In this document: one piece after another, positions 48,045-55,367 of the stretch
Layout of the letters: every line of letters starts with the position of its first letter
Numbering within the stretch: the stretch's first letter is position 1
DNA from: a virus
Lineage: Duplodnaviria > Caudoviricetes
DNA length: 61,633 nt
Virus record (IMG/VR): IMGVR_UViG_3300010234_000011
Location: 1 to 61,633 of that record
Reading direction: 5' to 3' (one strand)
Notes under the pieces: generated by a model
Told to the model about the DNA's origin: nothing
The model's database searches: none
The model's input: only the letters and a program-made list of their open reading frames with translations
Translations under genes and position numbers: made by a program

Positions 48045-48614
48045 ATGTCTACATTCAATCTGACGGCAAAGCGGATGACCGCTTTGGAAAACGCGGTTAG
48101 CGCCATGGTGGCCGCGCATAATGCGTCCACCTCGTTCGCGGGAACCGTTGAACAGCTGGCCAAGGCGGGTTTCTTGCCAGCCCACCTCACCTCGAGCGGC
48201 CAAGGCGGCAAACAGCCCGCTGGCGTCGCATACGAGGCCGCGATGGATATGACGGCGGTTCGCCTATTCAACGCCGCGGAGATGGCGATATGGCAAGGCG
48301 AAAAATGCAAAGAACGGTCGCGTTTGTCCAATCGGGCGTCCAAGTCCGTGGGACACCTGCGCAAAGCGCTGGATACGGCGGTTTTGTCCGAGGCGGGCGC
48401 GCACCGAACCGCGCGCGCGGGAAACACGAACAGCCCACTCGATGTAGTGCGCAATGTGTTGACCAAGGCTAACGCGCCACTTATCGCGTCCGCAAAAGCG
48501 GAAAAGCCGACAGAGGCGCAGGCGAAGCGGATTGCCGCTTTTGGGGGTATTGATATCCTCAAGATCACAATCGGCGCAATCGACGCTGCGCTGGCAACCG
48601 TACCGAAAAAATAA
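48045..48614 (+). CDS. stand-alone Ala-rich, helical-looking hypothetical protein
   Basis: taagga RBS; own TTGACA upstream; followed by two terminators. Confidence 0.75.
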   Translation: MSTFNLTAKRMTALENAVSAMVAAHNASTSFAGTVEQLAKAGFLPAHLTSSGQGGKQPAGVAYEAAMDMTAVRLFNAAEMAIWQGEKCKERSRLSNRASKSVGHLRKALDTAVLSEAGAHRTARAGNTNSPLDVVRNVLTKANAPLIASAKAEKPTEAQAKRIAAFGGIDILKITIGAIDAALATVPKK

Positions 48615-48620
48615 TACATC

Positions 48621-48650
48621 AACCCCGCGCCAATGGCGCGGGGTTTTTTT
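48621..48650 (+). terminator. rho-independent terminator 1
   Basis: aaccccgcgcca-a-tggcgcggggtt followed by a T-run. Confidence 0.88.
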
Positions 48651-48659
48651 GTGCCCATC

Positions 48660-48686
48660 GCCCGGCCAGTTTGGCCGGGCTTTTTT
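48660..48686 (+). terminator. rho-independent terminator 2 (tandem)
   Basis: gcccggcca-gtt-tggccgggc-tttttt. Confidence 0.85.
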
Positions 48687-48708
48687 GTGTCTTGCGTTTG
48701 GCGCATCG

Positions 48709-48956
48709 CACCAGTTTCGTGTACAGCGTAGAGCATGGCCATCGGCGCATCGACACGCCCCACCAGTTTCGTGTACAGCGTAGAGCATGGAGCATGGAGG
48801 TTACACGCGGCGTGTAACCTTGGCGCGCGCCCCACCAGTTTCGTGTACAGCGTAGAGCATGGCCCACACCGTAATCGTAGTCTAGGCAGCGACGTATTCC
48901 GCAACGCCAGCCATGCTAGCGCGTACAACCAGTTTCCAGTACAGCGTGGAGCGTTG
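48709..48956. repeat. interspersed 30-bp direct repeats (3 perfect, 1 degenerate)
   Basis: caccagtttcgtgtacagcgtagagcatgg at 48709, 48761 and 48833; accagtttccagtacagcgtggagcgttg at 48928. Confidence 0.9.
48799..48819. promoter_or_regulatory. 21-bp palindrome copy
   Basis: ggttacacg-cgg-cgtgtaacc. Confidence 0.85.
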
Positions 48957-48960
48957 TGGC

Positions 48961-48981
48961 GGTTACACGCGGCGTGTAACC
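48961..48981. promoter_or_regulatory. 21-bp palindrome copy
   Basis: ggttacacg-cgg-cgtgtaacc. Confidence 0.85.
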
Positions 48982-49084
48982 TTTATTTTTATGTTCCGAC
49001 CGCCCTTGGTCGATGGCCACGACCAAGGCTACACCCCCAGAATTAGCCTGTCAACCCCCCGAAAAACACCTAAAATAGGTGCGA

Positions 49085-49105
49085 GGTTACACGCCGCGTG
49101 TAACC
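49085..49105. promoter_or_regulatory. 21-bp palindrome copy
   Basis: ggttacacg-ccg-cgtgtaacc. Confidence 0.85.
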
Positions 49106-49752
49106 GACTTGTGAAATTTTATAGTTTGTTCCCAACGCTGTAGCGGCGACTAAGGCGACTAAGCGGCGCTTCGCCGCCGTGTTTTTAGGCGATGAACCCC
49201 TAGTGGCAAGCTAGCGCAATATTTACCTTGAGTCAGGCCGTTTAAAATCAATAGGTTAGATACAGGCGCACAAAGTAGAGGTTCAGAAGTTCTCACAACT
49301 ACTGCGAAATGAACCCGGACGAGCGCGGCTAAGGCACTGAAAAACAAGGATGTTGATGTGTACTTGCCCCAAAGAACCTCTGGTTTGGCCAAAATCAGTG
49401 CTCTCCAGCACGGATGGTGTTGTTGTTTTTGCCGAGTCCATCAAACCGCCAAACCACGCAGTTTTTCTGAAAACCCAGAACACTCTATTTTTGAGGTTCA
49501 GCAGGTTCAAAAGGGTCATTTATCTATGTATTTAACTATAAACCCTATAATAATAAGGCAAATCAGTGCAAGATAGCCCATGCAGGACAGAGGCGCACAA
49601 ATGCCCCAAATTGTGTGCACTTGACATGCAAAAAGCACCCCTAAAGGTTCACTATGCAAAGTAGAACCCCCTTTTTAGCGAAAACGTGTTTTGTATAATA
49701 GTCAGTACACATATTCTCTTACCTCTTCGCCTTTAAGTTGTAGTCAGCCCGA

Positions 49753-49773
49753 GGTTACACGCCGCGTGTAACC
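49753..49773. promoter_or_regulatory. 21-bp palindrome copy upstream of the AP2 gene pair
   Basis: ggttacacg-ccg-cgtgtaacc. Confidence 0.85.
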
Positions 49774-49842
49774 TATCCACGCAAGTTACCCCTTGTCATT
49801 CCGCTATCCACAACCTATCTCCTGCGTAGGAGGACGATTACC

Positions 49843-50349
49843 ATGAAAACACGACCTACACCCGAACAGCTGCACGAACTGCTGATAGTTAATGAGATCA
49901 GCGGCGACCTGACGTGGCGCGAGCGCCCGCCGGAAATGTTCAGCCACTGCAAGGACCCGGAAACCGCTGCATATAACTGGAACGCACGGCACTCTGGAAA
50001 ACCTGCATTGACCGCAGCATACCGGAAGGATGTGCCAGACCGCCCATGCGGTAAGATTTGGAACCGACGCTACTTTGCCCGCGATGTGGTGGAGGCGATG
50101 GTCATGGGTAAGTGGCCGGAGCCGCACGTCCGGAGCCGATCCGGCGTGACAGGCGTATACCATATAAAGGGCGGGCCCACAGGCGAACGCTGGTGCGCAC
50201 GTATCCTGCGCGACGGGAAGCTGCATAATCTGGGGACATACCGCAAGAAGGAGGATGCCATAGCGGCGCGGAAGCGTGCCGAGGAGCCGGAGGTAGTTGC
50301 TAAGCCCGTGGACGATACCGCTTGGGACAACATCAAGGAGCTGCTGTAA
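49843..50349 (+). CDS. HNH-endonuclease-derived AP2 DNA-binding protein lacking the HNH catalytic core
   Basis: Aligns by eye to 60400..60960 at the N-terminus (LHELL...G.L.WRERP.E.F.HCK.PE.A...WNA.H.GK.A) and AP2 domain (SGV.GV...W.A.I...GK..LG....AIAAR); the DH.NG..DN...NL segment is absent. Confidence 0.75.
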   Translation: MKTRPTPEQLHELLIVNEISGDLTWRERPPEMFSHCKDPETAAYNWNARHSGKPALTAAYRKDVPDRPCGKIWNRRYFARDVVEAMVMGKWPEPHVRSRSGVTGVYHIKGGPTGERWCARILRDGKLHNLGTYRKKEDAIAARKRAEEPEVVAKPVDDTAWDNIKELL

Positions 50350-50651
50350 TGGAGGTTAGTAAGGAACTGCGCGACCGCGTACTACGCATGAAGGCGAACG
50401 GCTGGCAGCCACAAAACCGGAAACCTCCGGTGGCTAGAACCCTGCGGCCGGTCACCGCAGATGGGGCAACAGGCGTCTCGTACGCCGCAGGAAAATACCG
50501 TGCCACCATCATAGAAAACGGCAAGCATCGGACGATTGGTCGCTTCAACACCAAGGAGGAGGCCGCGGCAGCACGTCGCGAAGCGGAGCGGCAGCGGAAG
50601 CGACGGCTACAGGTGCGACTAGCGCGGGAGAAGGTTACACGCCGCGTGTAA
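50349..50651 (+). CDS. AP2-domain DNA-binding protein
   Basis: ATG 50349 overlapping the previous TAA, RBS aaggag; GATGVSY..GKYRA.I..NGK...IGRF.TKEEAAAAR.EAE. Confidence 0.75.
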   Translation: MEVSKELRDRVLRMKANGWQPQNRKPPVARTLRPVTADGATGVSYAAGKYRATIIENGKHRTIGRFNTKEEAAAARREAERQRKRRLQVRLAREKVTRRV

Positions 50652-50653
50652 CC
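50633..50653. promoter_or_regulatory. 21-bp palindrome copy supplying the stop codon of the AP2 gene
   Basis: ggttacacg-ccg-cgtgTAAcc. Confidence 0.85.
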
Positions 50654-50711
50654 TCGCCAGTTTCCTGCCCCACGTAAGAACTAATTAGGTGGTATACGAA
50701 CTAATTAGGAC

Positions 50712-50740
50712 TTGACAACTGTGTCCCAATGTGTCATACT
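50712..50740 (+). promoter_or_regulatory. strong sigma70 early promoter
   Basis: TTGACA(50712-50717)-N17-CATACT(50735-50740). Confidence 0.8.
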
Positions 50741-50746
50741 GTGATT

Positions 50747-50783
50747 GTTCAGGCTTCACTGTCTGGGCGACGCTCTTTGACAT
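50747..50783 (+). promoter_or_regulatory. rrn/nut-like antitermination site (boxB-like hairpin plus boxA)
   Basis: gttcaggc-ttcact-gtctgggc hairpin, then CGCTCTTTGACA (50771-50782) vs boxA consensus (C/T)GCTCTTTAACA. Confidence 0.6.
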
Positions 50784-50798
50784 GACTGGATTGCCATA

Positions 50799-50850
50799 GG
50801 TTACACGCCACGTGTAACCTGCCCAGCTAGGTTACACGCCACGTGTAACC
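50799..50850. promoter_or_regulatory. two tandem 21-bp palindrome copies (50799-50819, 50830-50850)
   Basis: ggttacacg-cca-cgtgtaacc twice, 31-bp period. Confidence 0.85.
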
Positions 50851-50869
50851 GATGATGCAGGATCACAGA

Positions 50870-51260
50870 CAGATGGATAGCAGCACCGCTGCCCGTTGTT
50901 CGTGAGTGAAGTAAACACACCTATGGTTGCCCTCCGGTGTGGTAGAATTGCCTAGGAAGCCACTCGCCTGTAAGCGCACCGACCGTGCCCGGTACAGGCC
51001 AGCGAACAACGCGCAGATATGCTATCTGAAAGATGACTGGCGGCGCTTGTGCGCAACACGACACCACCCCTCAGCCCCATGCAAGTAGCCGCTAATGCCA
51101 CGTTCATCCCAACCACCGCACCTGCCGAGAATGTAGGGTAAGCGGACGTCCCCAGCACGACAGTGCTGGCTAAGGTGGTCCTACGGTACACGAAAAGTAC
51201 AGCGACAATATTCTGGCGGGCTGCTAACGCGGCCCGTTCAGCCATGCTGTTGCATGTAAC
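50870..51260 (+). ncRNA. candidate large structured non-coding/leader RNA
   Basis: No credible ORF; many nested complementary segments (listed in findings); downstream of a strong promoter. Confidence 0.55.
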
Positions 51261-51281
51261 CACCAACCAAGGAGAGACGAT

Positions 51282-51416
51282 ATGACATTTAACGACCAGA
51301 CCCGCACCTTGCGCGAATGGCTGCGCCACGAACTGGACGCATTGCCGCGTACAGTAACCCTGCCGGGTTACACGCCGCGTGTAACCACTAACCAAGGAGG
51401 ATTGAAAAATGACTGA
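51282..51416 (+). CDS. 44-aa early micro-ORF (not in the ORF track)
   Basis: aaggag RBS; MTFNDQTRTLREWLRHELDALPRTV... Confidence 0.4.
   Translation: MTFNDQTRTLREWLRHELDALPRTVTLPGYTPRVTTNQGGLKND
51366..51386. promoter_or_regulatory. 21-bp palindrome copy fused to an AC-rich RBS leader
   Basis: ggttacacg-ccg-cgtgtaacc-actaaccaaggagg. Confidence 0.85.
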
Positions 51417-51618
51417 CACATCAAACGGATATGTTTGCTTTTACAAGGACCAGCGGATCGAAGTCCATGCCGACACTTCCGCCAACGCGCAGATCAGCGC
51501 CTACAACATTCTCAAGGGGATGTACCCGCGCCGCAAGATCAAGGCGTGGGAAATCACGGTGATGCTGGCGGAGCGGAGCGACGGCACTGCCGTCGTGCAC
51601 AGTACGCAGCACCTTTAA
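51409..51618 (+). CDS. small early hypothetical protein
   Basis: Strong RBS; GYVCFYK..RIEV.A.T...AQ, I.VMLAE. Confidence 0.7.
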   Translation: MTDTSNGYVCFYKDQRIEVHADTSANAQISAYNILKGMYPRRKIKAWEITVMLAERSDGTAVVHSTQHL

Positions 51619-51640
51619 CCACTAACCAAGGAGAACTACC

Positions 51641-52555
51641 ATGAACATGAACCTTCCCGCCCCGACGGCTGTGCCGTCTCTCGCCAGCGCAGCTGTGTTA
51701 GTAGCGCTCCACATCGGCAAGTGGGGCGCGTCCAAGAAGGACAAGCGCGCGTCCGCAGAAGTGGCGCGGGTTAACCACGTCACCGACGAGAAACTCGTTA
51801 GGACGTACAAGACTTTAATGTCCAGCCCCAAGTTGAAGGCACTACAGTCGTTCGTTACCCGCGCGTACGAGATCAACCGCAATATGACGCTGGATTGGGC
51901 CGCGTCGGGAGGGCTGCGCCTATGCCCGACTACGGTATACCCGGAGCACGTACATACAATGTCTAAACTGAAGGCGGAATACGACCGCCTCGTGGCTGAT
52001 TTCGGTGCAGACTACAACCTGCTTGTAGTCAGTAAACAGGCGGAACTGGGGTCGCTGTACGATCCCGCAGACTACCCATCGTGGGATATATTGGCACGGA
52101 AGTTCTACTTCCGTGTTGACGTGATGCCCATCGCCGACCCAAGCGGTACGGACATCCGGCTGGATATTGCAGCCGAGACAGAGGCTCACATCCGCGAGCA
52201 TTATCAGCGGATGCACGAGCAGACGCTACAGCAGGTCACGCGTGGCCTGTGGGAGCGGGTCAATAACCTACTTGTCGGCGACGACGAGAAGGGAACTGTC
52301 GGGCTTATCCAGAACCTCGACGAGGGCGGGCGCATGTCTGCCCGCAAGCTGGACGATGCTAAGGAATTGGTGTCCATGCTCGACGACCTGAATATCACGG
52401 GCGACCCGGCGCTTACCCGTGCAGCGTTGTCGCTGCGCGAGGCGTTTGCTTACGTCGACGACGTGGCGGACGTCAAACCCAAGAGCGGCGGACGCGATAC
52501 GCTCCGTCGCGACCTTGAGACAGTGAAGGCATCGCTGCCGACACTGGGCTGGTAA
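51641..52555 (+). CDS. DUF3150-like protein upstream of the AAA/vWA pair
   Basis: A.LV.L.I..W...K.D, LGSLYDP.DYP, LNITGDP.L; gene context. Confidence 0.65.
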   Translation: MNMNLPAPTAVPSLASAAVLVALHIGKWGASKKDKRASAEVARVNHVTDEKLVRTYKTLMSSPKLKALQSFVTRAYEINRNMTLDWAASGGLRLCPTTVYPEHVHTMSKLKAEYDRLVADFGADYNLLVVSKQAELGSLYDPADYPSWDILARKFYFRVDVMPIADPSGTDIRLDIAAETEAHIREHYQRMHEQTLQQVTRGLWERVNNLLVGDDEKGTVGLIQNLDEGGRMSARKLDDAKELVSMLDDLNITGDPALTRAALSLREAFAYVDDVADVKPKSGGRDTLRRDLETVKASLPTLGW

Positions 52556-52580
52556 CAGCCCCACCATCACCACCACCGGG

Positions 52581-52601
52581 GGTTACACGCAACGTGTAAC
52601 C
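52581..52601. promoter_or_regulatory. 21-bp palindrome copy
   Basis: ggttacacg-caa-cgtgtaacc before the AAA gene. Confidence 0.85.
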
Positions 52602-52626
52602 TCCAACCAAACTGAGAGGAAACACC

Positions 52627-53709
52627 ATGAATATGTACGATCTAAATATCAATGAGTGCGTGGCGCTCATTGCAGCTACCGGGCACGAGGTAACGACCCT
52701 CGTGCAGGGCGACATGGGTGGGGGCAAGTCCTCCGTCCTGACGATGCTCGCCGAGAAATTTTCCGGCCATACGTCGTTCTACGCGGACATGACCACCAAG
52801 GACTTGGGCGATGTTACGATCCCCAACATCGCCAAGCTGGACGATGGGACGGGGTATGTCACCTACCTGACCAACGAAGAGTTCGGTGTGCACCTCGACA
52901 AGCCGATCATCCTCATGATCGACGAGTTCGGTAAGGCCAACCCGGCGGTAAAGCTGGCTATGCTGCGCCTCATGCTAGAGCGTAAGATTGGCAGCTATAC
53001 GCTGCACCCTGAAAGTATCGTGTTTGCCACGACTAACCTTGGTGCGGAGGGTGTGGGTGATCTGTTGCCGCCACATGCGCGGAACCGCATGTCGGTTGTC
53101 CGCATGGCCAAGCCGACCGCTGATATGTGGATCGAGTGGGGGATCAACAACAATATTGACCCGGCCCTGCTTGGGTGGGTTAAGGACAACCCGCACTGTC
53201 TGGACTCCTTCACGGACGTGACGGACCCGAAAGAAAATCCATATATCTTCCACCCGCAGGCCAAGGAGCGTACAGCGTTTGTTACGCCGCGTTCGTTGGC
53301 ACTGTTCTCCAAGACGTTGGAGAAGCGCGATATCTTGGGCGACAAGATCACCACCGCCCACGGCGTCGGGTTGATCGGTGCGCAGGCTGCGTTCGATATG
53401 CAGGCGTATATCAAGCTGGGGGATCAACTGCCGTCACGGCAGGATATTCTGGACAGTCCGAATACGGCCCCCGTGCCGTCGTCGGTAGCGGCTATGTGTA
53501 TGGTGATCTTCCGTGCGCTGTCCACCATGGACCGCGAGTTCATCGACCCGTGGATGGACTACCTCGTGCGTCTGCCTGAGGACAGTCAGGGGCTGTTCGT
53601 AAATGGCGTCCGCGCCGACAACTATTCGCACAAGGGCATAGCGATGACGAACAAGAAGTTCACCCAGTGGGTGGACAACAGCAAGTTCTTGTTCACTGCC
53701 GACGTATGA
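52627..53709 (+). CDS. MoxR/CbbQ-like AAA+ ATPase
   Basis: Walker A GDMGGGKS, Walker B ILMIDE, sensor-1 ATTN, arginine finger NR, sensor-2 TPRS. Confidence 0.85.
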   Translation: MNMYDLNINECVALIAATGHEVTTLVQGDMGGGKSSVLTMLAEKFSGHTSFYADMTTKDLGDVTIPNIAKLDDGTGYVTYLTNEEFGVHLDKPIILMIDEFGKANPAVKLAMLRLMLERKIGSYTLHPESIVFATTNLGAEGVGDLLPPHARNRMSVVRMAKPTADMWIEWGINNNIDPALLGWVKDNPHCLDSFTDVTDPKENPYIFHPQAKERTAFVTPRSLALFSKTLEKRDILGDKITTAHGVGLIGAQAAFDMQAYIKLGDQLPSRQDILDSPNTAPVPSSVAAMCMVIFRALSTMDREFIDPWMDYLVRLPEDSQGLFVNGVRADNYSHKGIAMTNKKFTQWVDNSKFLFTADV

Positions 53710-53718
53710 CACCACCGG

Positions 53719-53739
53719 GGTTACACGCAACGTGTAACC
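53719..53739. promoter_or_regulatory. 21-bp palindrome copy
   Basis: ggttacacg-caa-cgtgtaacc between the AAA and vWA genes. Confidence 0.85.
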
Positions 53740-53759
53740 CCCAACCAAGGAGAATTACT

Positions 53760-54956
53760 ATGAACGACCTAACCACATCACAACGGCTCAGGAAGGCCGG
53801 TATGGCCATCATGGCGCACAAGGAATACGTCGCCATGAACGGCGTGTTTATGATTGGCACAAAGCGTGCCGAGGCCGACGCCGCCAAGTGTCCTACCGCG
53901 TACACGGATGGGATTAACGAGGTATACGGCGATGATTTCGTCGCTACCTTGAGCGATCCAGAACTGCGCTTCCTTATGATCCATGAGTGCAAGCACAAGA
54001 TGCGGCGCGATATGGCTGTGCACAAGCACCTGTGGGATTCAGATCGGGGGCTTGCCAACAGCGCCTGCGATTTCGTCATTAACGGTGAGATAGTCGAGGC
54101 CCACCGGAACGACGGCTTCGCCACCATGACGGGGCCGCTCCAGCAGGGATGCTACAATCCCAAGTACACGGGCTGGAGTACGGTGCGCGTGTTTAACGAT
54201 CTGCGTAAGCAGCAACAAGAAACTGGCAAGACTGGCGGCGGCGGCAACGAGCCGTTTGACGAGCACGACTGGGAAGCTGCGCAGGATATGACGCCCGAAG
54301 AAGCAAGCGAGATTGCGCGGGAGATCGACACCGCGCTGCGTCAGGGCGCTATAGCAGCGGGTAAGTTGGGCCTCGACGTCGCTCGTGATATGCAGGAGTT
54401 GCTCAAGCCCAAGATTGACTGGCGCGAGGTGCTCCGCGAGTTCATCACCGAGACGTGTGCCGGACGGGACTACAGCACGTGGCGTAGGCCCAACCGTAAG
54501 TTCGTTAGTGCGGGTGTGTACATGCCAAGCGGCGTGTCGGAGAAGGTAGGACGCATCCTTACCGGCGCAGATATGTCTGGGTCCATCGGCGTGCGGGAGC
54601 AGAGCGTTATCCTTGGTGCGATTGCCGACATGGCCGACCTCGTGCACCCGGACGGTCTGGATATGGTCTACTGGGACACGGAAGTGCGGGCGCACGAAGC
54701 GTACGACGCCTCCGAGGTTAGCACGTTCGTGCAGTCTACTAAACCGCGAGGCGGTGGTGGCACGGATGTAGAGTGCGTCCCTGCGTTCATGCAAGAGGAA
54801 CAGTTGACGCCGCAGTGCGCGATCATTCTAACTGATGGTTATCTGTATGGCGGCTGGGGCGAGTGGCCCTGCCCGGTGCTGTGGGTAATCTTCGACAATG
54901 CCAGCGCGACGCCGACGTGCGGCACAGCTGTTCATGTGGAAACAGGAGATTTGTGA
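53760..54956 (+). CDS. DUF2201-like metallopeptidase plus vWA protein
   Basis: Start reassigned to 53760 (aaggag); PTAYTDG, HECKH (HExxH), N.ACD.VIN; MIDAS DMSGS, GGGT, LTDGY. Confidence 0.85.
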   Translation: MNDLTTSQRLRKAGMAIMAHKEYVAMNGVFMIGTKRAEADAAKCPTAYTDGINEVYGDDFVATLSDPELRFLMIHECKHKMRRDMAVHKHLWDSDRGLANSACDFVINGEIVEAHRNDGFATMTGPLQQGCYNPKYTGWSTVRVFNDLRKQQQETGKTGGGGNEPFDEHDWEAAQDMTPEEASEIAREIDTALRQGAIAAGKLGLDVARDMQELLKPKIDWREVLREFITETCAGRDYSTWRRPNRKFVSAGVYMPSGVSEKVGRILTGADMSGSIGVREQSVILGAIADMADLVHPDGLDMVYWDTEVRAHEAYDASEVSTFVQSTKPRGGGGTDVECVPAFMQEEQLTPQCAIILTDGYLYGGWGEWPCPVLWVIFDNASATPTCGTAVHVETGDL

Positions 54957-55156
54957 TGCCATACGGCAGCGGCAGCGGTAGCGGCGGCGGCAGGGGCGAC
55001 GGTAGGGGCAGCGGTAACGGCAACGGCTACGGCGAAGGCAGCGGCGACGGCAGGGGCGACGGCAGCGGCACTGGCAACGGCTACGGCGACGGCAGCGGCG
55101 ATGGCAGCGGCAACGGCAACGGCTACGGCGACGGCTACGGCAGCGGCAACGGGTAG
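54956..55156 (+). CDS. (Gly-X)n micro-protein 1 (66 aa)
   Basis: TGATG coupling to the vWA gene, RBS aggag; MPYGSGSGSGGGRGDG...GNG. Confidence 0.7.
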   Translation: MPYGSGSGSGGGRGDGRGSGNGNGYGEGSGDGRGDGSGTGNGYGDGSGDGSGNGNGYGDGYGSGNG

Positions 55157-55167
55157 GAGGTGCAGAT

Positions 55168-55341
55168 ATGCCTGACGGCAAAGGCAAAGGCTACGGCAAC
55201 GGCAACGGCTACGGCGGCGGCAGCGGCAACGGCAGCGGCAGCGGCGTCGGCAGCGGCAACGGCAGCGGCAACGGCAACGGCGACGGCAGCGGTAGCGGCG
55301 ACGGCGGGGGCGACGGGCAGGCCGTACGAATACAACTATAA
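55168..55341 (+). CDS. (Gly-X)n micro-protein 2 (57 aa; not in the ORF track)
   Basis: RBS aggaggt at 55155-55161; MPDGKGKGYGNGNGYGGGSG...GDGQAVRIQL. Confidence 0.7.
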   Translation: MPDGKGKGYGNGNGYGGGSGNGSGSGVGSGNGSGNGNGDGSGSGDGGGDGQAVRIQL

Positions 55342-55367
55342 CCCAACTGAAACTTAGGAGACTACAA

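Noticed and set aside
48709-48956. CRISPR array
   Set aside because: Spacers are irregular (22, 42, about 65 nt), one contains the genome's own palindrome, and there is no cas operon. Kept only as an unexplained repeat cluster.
48032-49576. Long - strand ORFs (298 and 174 aa) and small ORFs across the repeat block
   Set aside because: They run antisense through a gene, terminators and repeats, and their repeated peptides simply mirror the DNA repeats.
50930-51000. tRNA gene (ccggtgtggtagaattg resembles a tRNA 5' end/D arm; ctgtaa resembles a Tyr anticodon loop)
   Set aside because: No T-arm GTTC motif, no acceptor-stem closure or CCA, and the bases fit the larger fold better.
54956-55341. 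Complete diversity-generating retroelement
   Set aside because: No reverse transcriptase or Avd-like ORF recognised, no clean TR/VR pair, and several non-adenine differences.
55160-55357. Ala/Thr-rich ORF in the track (MQICLTAKAKATAT...) and the antisense Pro/Leu, Ala/Val and Arg/Cys ORFs over the repeat
   Set aside because: These are alternative frames of the hexamer repeat. The SD aggaggt is correctly spaced for ATG 55168 (Gly frame), matching the two paralogs.
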